DNA from: Lama guanicoe
Taxonomy: Eukaryota
Direction: 5' to 3'
NCBI GenBank assembly: GCA_013239625.1
Contig: MU054187.1
Coordinates: 4,661,757 to 4,725,756, forward strand
DNA length: 64,000 bases
Shown here: in pieces, positions 37,701 through 49,271 of the stretch
Position numbering within the stretch: position 1 is the first letter of the stretch
How the letters are laid out: each line of letters starts with the position of its first letter
The notes under the pieces: model-generated
Seen by the model: only the letters and a program-made list of their open reading frames with translations
Told to the model about the DNA's origin: nothing
The model's database searches: none
Translations under genes and position numbers: made by a program

Positions 37701-40700
37701 AATTTTTTTGCTGTGTCCTCAAGTCTTCCAAAACTGTGTATGTTCATTAATACAAAAATGTTGATGGTGGTGGAGTGTAGACATGAGACACGCCTGGGCT
37801 TGACCCCTGACTCAGCATTTACCGGCTGGTCAAGACGCTGAAAGAGTAACTCAGTTACCTCTGAGGCTTGACCTCCCTTTCATAGGCAGCGGGAATTACA
37901 GGAGCCAGTGCAGTTTGACAACTAAGTTCTGAGCTTTGCCCGTTCACCTCCTGGTGCTCGACCTGTTCTTCTTCTGTTCTGCATTTCTTTAAGTCTCTTC
38001 TTTGTTCCTCAATGTTTTAAGCTTCCCCTTGATTTCATTCTTATTTCCACTCATGATTCTTTTGTTCTGTCTGTGTACTGTGAGCGCTCGGGGTGAAATC
38101 ACGCCTTGTCACCTCTGTGCCACTGAGGACTTCAGCTGCATAATTACCCACTTCTCTTAGGGCTTTTGTCACGAAAAAGTTCAACAGTCCCCACCACTTT
38201 GTCACTTTGTGACTCTTCGTTTGGGACATTAGCTTTTTTCTCATTGACTCTTCAAAATCCTGCCATGATAAGGTCGTCTTCAACCCCCTCTTCCTAAACT
38301 AAATCCAGCGTCTTCATTGTGATCTGTAATGTTCCACTTTTACAGTTGCTGGTGACGAACGTCTGACCTCATCCGTATTAACTGACGTATAGCTGGCTTT
38401 CTCACTTTCCCAGTAATTCACTGAACTTGCTCATTTGATTGAAGCCTACTTGTCACTCTCCCCAACTTGTCCCTCATTTGCTCGTCATGGATTCTTTCTT
38501 ATAGTTACATCATGTTTACTTTCCAGCTCCTATAATTTCTGTCAAGAGAACAGAAACATTCTATTTTCTGGAACAAATTCACCCAGAAAAATTGACTCTG
38601 CTGAAGAACCATTGTTGAAAGATACAGTGAAAATGATGATACAGCAAAGGTCCTTCATCCCTTTCAAATCTCCTACTTATTTCCTTAAGGATGTGAAAAT
38701 ACAGATCAATAAATAGTTAGAGTCACTAATATATGGTGAACCGAGCTTTTTAGACCATAAGTCAGCAGAAGTCCTCCCTGCCCCCAGGGTAAGAAAGTCT
38801 GCTTTTCAGCATTTCTTGGGGGGCCATGTCACCTGCGTGCAGCCTGATGGGATGAACCTGGCCCTGGAGTCAAATGTCAGTTTAACCCCTGAGTGGCCCT
38901 GGAAAAGTGACTCAAAACTCTCATCTATAAAGTTAAATAGAAGCTAATATATTTCCCAGGGTGAGAAAGTTAAAAATTGTGTAAAGATACTTACATATTT
39001 GTTAATTAGCCCCTGCCCAAAGGGAGGGAGGGGAGAGAGAGAGAGAGATACCAGTAAACGAAGTACTTCTCCCCGAAGCAGCTGTGGCTTCCTTTCCCCC
39101 CAATTTCTAGAGGCGGTTGGTGCTAACTTCCATTCCGCGTCCCATGAAGTCGAAAGCCCCTTCCCAGCGATCCTCCACACTCACTTCCTTTTCGTGAACA
39201 TCCTTACCCCCAGCTCCTTACTTCTGTCCAGCTGGTTGGGTTTATGAACAGTACCCGCCGCCCCTCTGTCCCACATTGACACGGTGTCCACCTGACACAC
39301 TCTGGTTTCCCCACCCACCCAGCCTTCCCCCAAAAGCAGAGCTCGGCAAAAACGAAATCCCTCACTCAAGACCTTTCTTTGGCAGCTGATGCTGGTAAAA
39401 GGAGATTGCAGGGGAAGGAGAATGAAGTGTGACAGCAGTGTACAAACAACTTCAGTCGAACACTCAACGTTCTATTTTCAGAACTCCTTCCTCCGTCCTT
39501 CTCGCGGGTTCTCTTTGGCCACCTGCTCCGTGCCGCTTCCCCAGGCGTGGAGCACCACAGCAGCCCTGGGCTCCTGTTTGGAGGTGAGTACTCCCTGGAG
39601 CTCCAAGTTCTGGCTCTATTAAGTGGAGCCAATGACATCTTTTCTGTCTCTAATCCTAAACTCAGCCCCTCAGCCAAACCCATGGAGGCCTTCAGTAGAA
39701 AAAGGTGGGAGTTCATTCCATTGGATTTGCCTTCCTTAAAGGTTGTGAAGAGCGTGCTCCTCATGTGTGACATAATGGTTCGGGTTAGCACGAAAGTGTG
39801 GCTATAGTATCTAAGTTAATTTTTTTTTAAATGCCATTTACCTAGAGTTCATAAACCTAAGAATAGAGAGCTATGTCAGTGTAAACGTAAGAAGTGGAGC
39901 ACACAAAGGGTCAAGGCTACTTGCAAGGGCAGTTTGGTTTCAGTGTTTCCAAATAGCTGTAGTCCTTAAAAAAAAAAAAAAAGACCTTTATAAATACTGT
40001 TCAAGGTCTTCGCTTATCAGTAAATGGCCTTGATCTTGGCTTTTGGGTTCAGAGTGGAGCAGGCTCTGTATATAACCCCCTGGCTCCTGCTGACCTTGGA
40101 GGCTTTCCAGCCTGAATTCAGCGGCAGTGCTTGCTGCCTGGAAGCTTTCTAACACACACAGATGCGCCCTCCAGCTCTCCTGGGATTCCTTTGTCCTTAA
40201 TAGATGTAATCCTGAGTTTAACTACCGCTTTGTGTCAACCTGTTATATAGGTTTTGAAAAGTGTGCCATTTCAAAGTGAATCAAAACAAAGAGGGGAAAA
40301 TAATACTGAATCAGTGAACACATCTCAACAGAACCAACTTTGGGTCATCCTGCTTTATTTGAGATAGGTATTTTTCAAACACATCCAGAACCTAGCATGG
40401 GGTCAGCATAAGGTGAACCCCAGGTGAACTGGAGGCTGGCGCGGGGAGAAAGTTCTTGCTGTCTTTCTTTGCGCTTCAGTTCAGCCACCATCAAGAACAG
40501 CATCTCCCATGATTTCAGATGCTTGAACCATTCTTCCAGTTACGTTTTCAGAAATATAACATCATGGCAGTGGCCTCATTGGATTAGATGTTCAAAAGTG
40601 TTTATTTCTCATATGTCTGTCTTTCCCATGGGTTTCCTACAGAGGCAGCATGGCTTAGAGGAAAGAAAATGATTATAACCTGAATCCTAGTCTTTATTCC

Positions 40701-41639
40701 CCCACTTACCACCAGTGGGGTCTTAAACAAACCACTTGACTCCTACAAAATGTTACACAGCATAGTAAATGATCACCCTCTGACCATCTATTGATCTGAT
40801 GTCTCCTTGCCTTGCTCACTACCGTCTGTGACATAGGAATTATTCCTTTCAGTTGTCCAAAACCTTGTTTACATCTTAAGCGATCTGTGCTTTTTAAATA
40901 ATTTGGAATTTGATGAAAAATAAAGTCACTCTGTTGGTAACTGTCCTGAGCTTACATGCATCTCCCAAAACTCTTCTGACACTTGATCATCATAATCACC
41001 AGCCCAGAGAACCCAGACAAAGGGCTCTCCACAGAGACGGTGGTCAGGATCAACGGGAGGACATGCACACGCTTCAGGGCAGAGTCCTTACAGCTCCTGC
41101 CCTGAGGATCCATCTTTGCTGAGGATAAGTCACTGTCATATTTCTTTTTTCCAAATTAGTGGTCTTACTGCCGTTATCCAAGCCCTGCCTCCGCGCATCC
41201 TCAGCCGGACACAGCACAGCAGAACCACTCTGTGGTCTCCTCCTCTACCCATCCCTGAGGGTGCAAGTCTGTGTCCTCGACTCCTGGTCCCATTTCCACC
41301 CCCGACCTCCCTCCCCACCTCTGCTTCTGCTGGGGACTCCTCCCTTCTTGCCTTAACTGTTCCATCAAACCCAGCAGATGTTCCTCAGATCTTTCTTTCC
41401 TCGGGAAGAAGCCCTACACTGTTGAATCAGTGGTTTTGGGGTTGAGATACAGCTTTGGGTTCCCCAACATCTTTAGCGTGTCAGTGCTGGTCCTTAGTGG
41501 CCCAGCCTGGCTGGAACTCCAGACATTCAGAAAGTAACAGCAGGTGCTGAGCTCAGGCCTGTCTCTGAGAGAAAAATACCCCCACCCTCAACCAACTGTC
41601 ACTAAACACCTACCTTCCCTTCAAGCCAATAGCAGGAGG

Positions 41640-41840
41640 AGGTCTTTGCGTTGGGCCTGAGGGCTCCAGCTTGGACTTGGCCATGAGTTATTTAGCTTCA
41701 CTTAGTCTCAGTTTCCTCATCTGTAAAAAGGGAGAGCAACAGCACAGGCCTCCCAGGATGGCCCTGAGGGTTAGACGCGACAACCTTTGACCGTTTTCAG
41801 CACCACACCTAACACACGACAAGCATGCAGTAAGTTTACT
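41640..41840 (+). mobile_element. MIR SINE
   Basis: MIR core tctcagtttcctcatctgtaaaa. Confidence 0.65.
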
Positions 41841-43019
41841 GGTAGTCTTGTTACTGCTGTTAGTCTCGGCTCAAAATGTTCTGTGGAATCAGGCGCCTGA
41901 GATTTCAGTCTGATTTAAGAAATCTCTGAAAATCTGAACAGAATTCTTGTGTCACTTGCCATCACTAAATTTCATGAATTGCAGTAACTTCTAGGTGGTT
42001 TACATGTCCATTCTCCTAGACACATGGTTAGGGGATGGCGTGAAGGGGCGTAACAGCTCTGCAGTTCTCACCCTGCTAGGACCTGAAGAACACATGTTTT
42101 GGGAGATGGACGCCCGTGCCTTATGTGTGACCCTCTCAGAGTTGGAGATTGGCCTCTGACTTCCCGTGCTCCTGGACTCGCCACCCGACAGGTGAATGGT
42201 GAGTGCTCGCCACGTTTTCTCCGGGGCAACTGCATGTTTCCAGGCCTGGCGGGGAGACACAGCTGCACCCTAAGGTCAACGGTGACTGGCAGAAGTATGT
42301 TTACTTTTACTTCAGTTTTGTTGGAATTCTGTAACCTTGGACTAAAATGGTCCCTTCTTGAATATATTTTTTATGACGAGCAAAGTCAAGAGGTGCCCTC
42401 CCCATCCCCTGTTTTCTCCAGGAATGGAGAAGAGGGCCCATCACAAACAGGTTGGAGCTTCTGCTCTTCCGATTCTGAGGGTTTCGACTTGCAGGACTTT
42501 TCACAGCGAGATGTTGGTCCCTCCGGCCCAGCACCGCCTTTCATCTGGGGCCCTCCCAGGCTCCGCTGTCCGTGATGTCGAACCACCTTGTTTTTCCTTC
42601 AGCACCATCTCTCTGTGTATCATGCACTTAACAAATGTATTGACTACTATGTAAGCTAGTATAGAAAGTTCTCATTTTTATCCCTGGAACATTCTGGAAC
42701 CAAGAGCATTAAGCACACCCTTGAAATAAGAGCTGCAACCTCTGTACGGCTTACTTGGTGCTCTGCCGTGTTTCGAGCACCATTTACTCCTCATAACAGC
42801 TCTAGGAGGCTGGTGCTTTGTTTCCCCCTTTTTAAAGGCAGGGAAAGTGAGGTGCAGAGAGATCAAGACCGTGACGCACGTAAGTAGACGAGCAGAGCAG
42901 TGAATGCAGGCGTTCTGGTTCCAGCGTCCGGGCTCCTGGCCGCTGTGGCAGGCAGCCCCTGAGGTGGCCTCAGGGATCCCTGTCCTCTGGTGTCCACGTC
43001 CCGTGTGGGAGCTGAAGTT

Positions 43020-43745
43020 TCTTCAGTTGAGATATAGTTGATGTGCAATATTACATAGTTCCAGGTGTGCAACATAGTGAGTCACAATTTTTAAAGTTTA
43101 TGCTCCGTTTATAGTTATTATAAAATGTTGGTGATGTTCCCTGTGTCGTGCAATGTATCCTCGTAGCTTATTTTATCATAGCAGTTTGTACCTCTTGATC
43201 CCCTGCCTCTGTCTTGCCCCTCCCCCTTTCCCTCTCCCCTCTGGTGACCACTGGTTTGTTCTCTGTATCTATGAGTCTGTTTCCCTTTTGTTATAGTCAT
43301 TAGTTTGTTTTATTTTGTAGATATAGTATTTGCTTTCCTTTGTCTGACTTATTTCACTTAGCTTAATACCCTCCAAGTCCATCCATGTTGCTGCAAATGG
43401 CAAAATTTCATTCTTTTTTTATGACTAATATGCCACTGTGTGTGTATATATATGTATATAGAACTTCTTTATCCAGTCATCTGTTCATGGACACTTAGGT
43501 TGTTTCCGTATCTTGGCAATTGTAAATAATGCTGCTGTGAACATTGGGCTGCATGTATCTCTTCAAATTAGTGTTTTGGGGTTTTTTTCTGGATATATAC
43601 CCGAGAGTAGAATTGCTGGGTCATATAGTAGTTCTGTTTTTAATTTTTTGAGGACCCTCCACAGTGTTTTCCGCAGTGGCTTCCCCAATTCACATTCCCA
43701 CCAGCAGTGCACGCAGGTCCCATTTACGCCACACCCTCGCCAGCA
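43020..43745 (-). mobile_element. L1 3' segment
   Basis: Antisense L1 3'UTR (tatagttgatgtgcaatattacatagttccaggtgtgcaacatagtga..ccatgttgctgcaaatggca..cattcccaccagcagtg). Confidence 0.88.
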
Positions 43746-44924
43746 TCTCTTAAGTGCTGAGAGGCCACTTAATCTGTCTGTTGTTGTTTTGTTTCTTCTC
43801 AGAATCCTTTGGCTTGCATCATTTTTAGTTTGCCGTCTAGTTTAGAGAGATTTCACTATTTAAAAATACTTTTCCCTGCTCTTGCATGAATGCAAAGCAT
43901 TACTTAGATTGTGTGTGTGTGTTTTAGTCACGCCATATTTGGGCAGCCTTGCCACTGCCCTTAACTGACTTTAGATTCAAAGGCTACCTGATGTACCAAA
44001 GATACAGTCATGGTTACATCATTTTACCAGAGGTAACCAAGGGGAATACTTCGGTTACAGGCAAACAACTGTTGACCTCAGGTCTCCTGCCAAAATTTCA
44101 AACACCATGAGGCAGCACTGGAGCAGATCCAGTGAGAGTTTGTAGTTTGGCCCTGCATGGAGACCAAAGGTTAGTTTGCAGGATTTATATGGCACATGAG
44201 GGTTGATGAAGGCAAAAGAGTTTTGATGAATAAAGCAAACAGCTTCCCCCAAGACAATCCTTGGTGTTTTGTAAATGATCACTCCAGTGGGAGCAGCAAC
44301 CCCAAATCCTGCTGTTGAGCCTGGAGGCAAATGCTTTCTGCACTGCCGCTAAAACGGGAAGACATCCTCACTCACATGGGGCAGTGTCACCCATCACCCC
44401 TTCAGATCCTCTAACGTAGAATGGAGTCTGTTCCTCCTGCCAGTAGAGGCTACACTTTAAGTGCCCTCACCCCCGAAAGGCATCGTGTTATTGTAGAGCC
44501 ACCCACAGGCACGTGCGGTGCTGCTCTCTGCTCCCTGTGTGTCTGAAATGGGCACTGGGAAGCCTGCCCTCCTTGGGGGCCGCACAGCCATTGGCCAGCC
44601 TCCTATTCAAGGCTTTGAAAATGGGATCGAAGTGCCCTTTGCGGAGCCCGTGTGTGATGGTGTTGGCATTTAGGGCCCCGAAGGAAGAAGTGAAACCCAC
44701 AGGGATGAGAATCGTGCTCCTAGTCAACCCTGCACGCTTGCGTGCACACACACGGAGGGGAGCTGGAGGCTGGCTCAGGAGCCCTGTCCCCCACCCTACC
44801 TGTGTGAAGCTCCCAGCTTTCTCCACTCCAAGCGCTCCTCTGTGCACCATACCCTGTCCCCCGGCCCCCGGGCAGCACTACGGCCTCTCTGACTTTCTTC
44901 CTGCTTCCTCTCCTTTCCCTGCTC

Positions 44925-45290
44925 GTCAGGGCTGAATTGTGTCCTCCCAAAATTCATCGGTTGAAGCCCAAACCCCAGTCCCTCAGAACGTGACTCTAAC
45001 CCTAACCCTAACCCCAGTCTTTCAGAATCTGACCCTGACCCTGTCGGGTTGTGACTGTATTTGGAAATAGACACTTAAAGAGGTAGTTAAGGCTAAACAA
45101 GGTCAGAAGGCCCTATGCCAGTAGGACTGGTTCCTTAGAAGGAGAGGAAGAGCCCACAGGGATGGGTGGGCCCAGAGGACAGGCCGCATGAGGACACAAG
45201 GAGAGGACGGCCATCTGCAGGCCCAGGAGAGAGGCCGAGGTGAACCTTGCTCAGATGTCCAGCCTCCGGAACTGTCTAGGCAGAAGGAGT
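44925..45290 (+). mobile_element. MLT1A/B-type MaLR LTR, partial
   Basis: ggctgaattgtgtcctcccaaaattcat..gtgactgtatttggaaatag..ccagcctccggaactgt. Confidence 0.75.
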
Positions 45291-47115
45291 ACCGTCTGCC
45301 TCCGGCCTTCCTTAGCTACAAAATAAGTGAGTGTCCACGACCTGGAGATGCTCTGACTCTGCAGCACCCCCTGCAAAATCGCCACCTTTGACATATCCAG
45401 ACGAGCCATTCAGAACCGCCGTGCTCCATCTCCTGTCCCCTTTTTGAGACGTCTTTTCTCAAGGTAGATTAATACTGTTTCTTAGTTGATTGAAAGTATT
45501 CATATTTCAACAGCATTTCCCCCTCTTTTCTTTCGCATTGCAAAATTATTCGAAATCGAATGACTCTCGTGATGTTATGGATTAAATGAGTGTTTCTCTG
45601 GGAATTTACGCTTTTAACAGTTTCTTCAATAAAATATGTTCTGAGTTACAAATATTCTATATGCAGGTAAGTCTTTGGAACATACTACTGGTAAGTTGGG
45701 ACTGCATAAACGTGGTTGAGTTGAAAGAAGTCATAAATCCTGACGCTGCTTCTTTGGCAGTAAGCTTTTACTATGAGATGAGCAGCTTGTCCTAATTGTA
45801 TTAAGAACAGGAATCTAAGAGGTGGCTGGCCTTACTGCTTCACCCTCCAGCCTAGAAAACTCTACGAAGAGTGGATTTCCTCCCCGGCCTCAAGCAAAGG
45901 CCTGATTATGACCAAAACTTGGCCTGGACCCTCAGCAGGCTGGATGTCTCTGAAACTTCCCAGAATAACAAAATAGAGTATAAATGCAGGGTGTTCAGTA
46001 AATTAGGGGTCGAATAGGAGGACGAAATTCCTATCCTCTGCTCCACTTCCTACCTCTGACCCTGCAGAGTGTGCCCCCTCTGCCTCTGAGACCCTCGGAC
46101 GGACCTTTGGTTTTAGCAGAGAGTAACCCGCCTTATCACGCAGCGTGGGCCTGAGCGCAGGCCAGCCATGTTCTCAATTCTGTGTGTAACTCTTTCCTAA
46201 TATTTTAATAGAGGGAAGATCAATAGAAGCAGAAAGGTCTGTGCACAGAGCAGCCAAATAAAGCACTTGCGGCGTGTCGGCGCCTGGACTCAGAAACAGA
46301 GACCCAGAGTGCAGACCGCCCCCACGCAAATCGTTACTACCCGCCTCCACGGCCTTAGGACTTGCGTGGTCCTACTACGCACGGCACACCAGGTAGGAGC
46401 TGCGGGGAGGGTCGAACCGAACAAAACAGGACCGCTCCCCTTGTGGGGCTGGAGTTCCCTGGACTCACTCCAAAAAAGTAATGAAGCAAATGTCCTTACA
46501 GCCAAATTTCTGAGAAGCGACTGCTGACTCTGCTGGGCGGGTTTCCATGCCCACACCCCTCCCCAGGTACCTTGGCCCTCGGGTCCAGGCTCGTTCCTCC
46601 CGGGGGCAGCCCTGGGCAGACAGGCTGTGTTAGTGGCAGCACAGAGCACTTTGAGGGGTGTTTCACCAGGGTCCCTGCCCCGCCCCCAACCATGTTCTCA
46701 CCTACACACCGTAAGAAAAACTCTGAATAAAAAATAAAAATAAAATAAAGATAAGATAAAATACCATGGGAACATTCAGATTGATAGCTATGTTACAGAA
46801 AAATAATCTGTACTTAATCCACATTTTAGGATTCATTTTTTAAGAAGATTGACATACAGTATTTTAAATGTTTCAGCTTACGTTGCAATTCTGTGGAGCA
46901 CACAGTATTATTATTACAATTGAGTAATTACTGGTATTTTCAGAAGTTATGGCATACCAGGTGAATGCTTACTAACTTAATTGGTCAGCAGTTTGTATTT
47001 GTATTTCTAATGAAATTGTGCTTTTCAAAATAAACCAAGTAATTTATCTGTATTTAATTTGGGTGATTTCAAAAATAAATAGAAAAAAATTTTTAAACAG
47101 TTTCTATACATCCCT

Positions 47116-47210
47116 ATTTTATATATATATTTATATATATATATTTATATATATATTTATATTTTATATATTTTATAATTTATATATATATATTTATACA
47201 CACACACACA
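47116..47210. repeat. AT-rich (TA)n / (CA)n low-complexity tract
   Basis: Directly visible. Confidence 0.9.
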
Positions 47211-48636
47211 TTTTTGAACTATAGAAACTGCTTGTTGGACAACAATGGTAAAGTGACAGTTGAGCATCATGTGAGTTTATTTTCCAGGCTCAGGCTTTGA
47301 GCTAATGAAAACCATGTTGAATCTGCCCAGTTTGGGGAAGGAAGAAACCAGATCTTGTCACAGCTCTGCTATCGCTGAATTATCAGTGCCCTTAGGGGTA
47401 TCTGAGCCTCTAGGAACCTTTGTTGGTCTATAAACCTTTTTCAATAGAAGAGGGGATCTTGTAAATATGTAGTAATGTTGAAGTTTCTGAATATTTTTTA
47501 TTTTTCGAATTTTTTTCAGGTGTAACTTTAGAGATAAGGAAATGGACTTTGCGGGACCTCTGGTTTGAGGGCAGGGTCCCTAATGTTAAATCTATTTGGG
47601 TTAATTTAGTGGCTACAATACTTGCTATACAAGTAGGGGGTTCTAGACCCAAGCCTGCCCTGTGACTTGCTGGGCAGTCCTCTTAAGTCAGTCACTTCTC
47701 CTTTACCAGCTGTCAGTTTCTAACTAAAATAAGAGCTGAGACCAGTGACTGCGAATGGTTCACAGTGCTCTGTGGAGCATCAGTGCTGCTGTCTAAACCT
47801 GAGCTTCTGACTCGTCTCACCCAAGGTGAGCGAGAAGGGGCTGAGTGTGGTCTCAGCATTTCATCATCCATTAATGAGACCAAGGCCTGTATCCCACCAC
47901 CCTGAAGATGTCTTGCACTGATCTTGAGAGGAACAATGTGAGATTCCAAATGAACAAGTCCGAGTTGGGGGAAGGCCTTCCTGTGTGAAGGGGAGCAGAG
48001 CATAACATTGCGATCCTGTACGTGGCCGTGGCTAGAGTCACTGCAAGCTGGGTGTCCACAGCACCCTGGCGACGCTGGACTAGCTGAGTGTGGCAGCTGA
48101 GGGTCCTCACCCTCTGGCCAGATGGTGTTCCCAACAGTGCCGATCTTAGGACAGAAATGACATTATGTATTTTGTTTGAGTGGCCTGTCTTCAGCAACCT
48201 GTGTCAAGACTGTCTGCCATTAGGACTTACCACAGAGTGAAGAGGGCTGGCTCTGGACTGGGGGCCGGGTGAATTCCGCCACACTGCAGTCCTGCCCCTT
48301 GCCAGCCCCATCACCTTGGGTCAGGACTTAACTTTCCTGGAGTTCCTTTCCCCTCTGAAACAGAGGGGTCAGAGCACCAGGCACCCGGCAGGACTCTTAT
48401 GAGGGTCCCTTGAGATGGCACGTGTGAAGTGTTTGAGGCTGGACCCAAACCACAGTGACCCTGAATTAATTTAGCTGTTAAAATCTCTTTTAGGCCCATT
48501 CGACCTTACCCTAAGTTACTATAATATTTTTTTTAATTTTAGGCCCCTGTTTCAAATAAAGATCTCTTGGCTAAATGGGGCGGTTTAGCCTTCAATAAAG
48601 TTCTAAATTAAGGTTGTTTACAAGAAAATGATATCT

Positions 48637-48748
48637 TGGAAAAGAATCTGAAAAAAAAATATATGTACAACTGAATCACTTTGCTGTACACCTGAAACTA
48701 ACACAACATTGTAAATCAACTATACTTCAATTCAAAAAAATATTTTTA
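48637..48748 (+). mobile_element. Short L1 3'-end insertion with TSD
   Basis: aactgaatcactttgctgtacacctgaaactaacacaacattgtaaatcaactatacttcaat; flanked by aagaaaat(g/t)atatct. Confidence 0.8.
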
Positions 48749-48888
48749 AAGAAAATTATATCTGGTTTTTGTTCTCTTGTAGTCCCCACACACGCTTTTT
48801 TAAAAAAATGAAAAAAGTTTTCATACACTGGTGCATTTTTTTAAAGTTAATTAAATTATAAGACAAACTAGCCTTTGGGATTGCTCTA

Positions 48889-49220
48889 CAGCGGGAGTTG
48901 TCAAGCTTTTTTTGCAAAGGCCCAGATAGTAAACATTGAAGGCTTTCCAACCATGCAGTCTCTGCTGCAACCGCTTGGCTCTGGACTCGACTGACAGCGG
49001 CCCGGGACAAGAACACAGGGAGGCGGGCGCGCCGTGTCGCCAGGTAACTGCACTTTGGCCATGGAAGGGGAGCTTCACGTAGTCTCCATGTGTCATGAGA
49101 TATTATTATTATTTTGATTTTTTCCCCAAACAATTAAAAATATAAAAACCACTCTGAGCTTTCTATACAAAACAGGTAGAGGGGCCCTGTGGCCCCCAGT
49201 GCTGTGGACTGGCAGCCCAT
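48889..49220 (+). mobile_element. MER58B-like hAT-Charlie element
   Basis: aaggcccagatagtaaacatt..gatattattatt..ttgatttttccccaaacaattaaaaatataaaaaccactctgagc..tacaaaacagg resembles the recalled MER58B pattern. Confidence 0.65.
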
Positions 49221-49271
49221 GCTCTCAAGAATAAAGGTGTGGAAGGAGGTGTGGGCGCATCCACCAAGGGG

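Noticed and set aside
30000..48600. A hidden third protein-coding gene between UBXN2B and CYP7A1
   Set aside because: No ORF with recognisable homology, no consistent exon chain and no CpG-island promoter seen. A lncRNA cannot be excluded from sequence alone.
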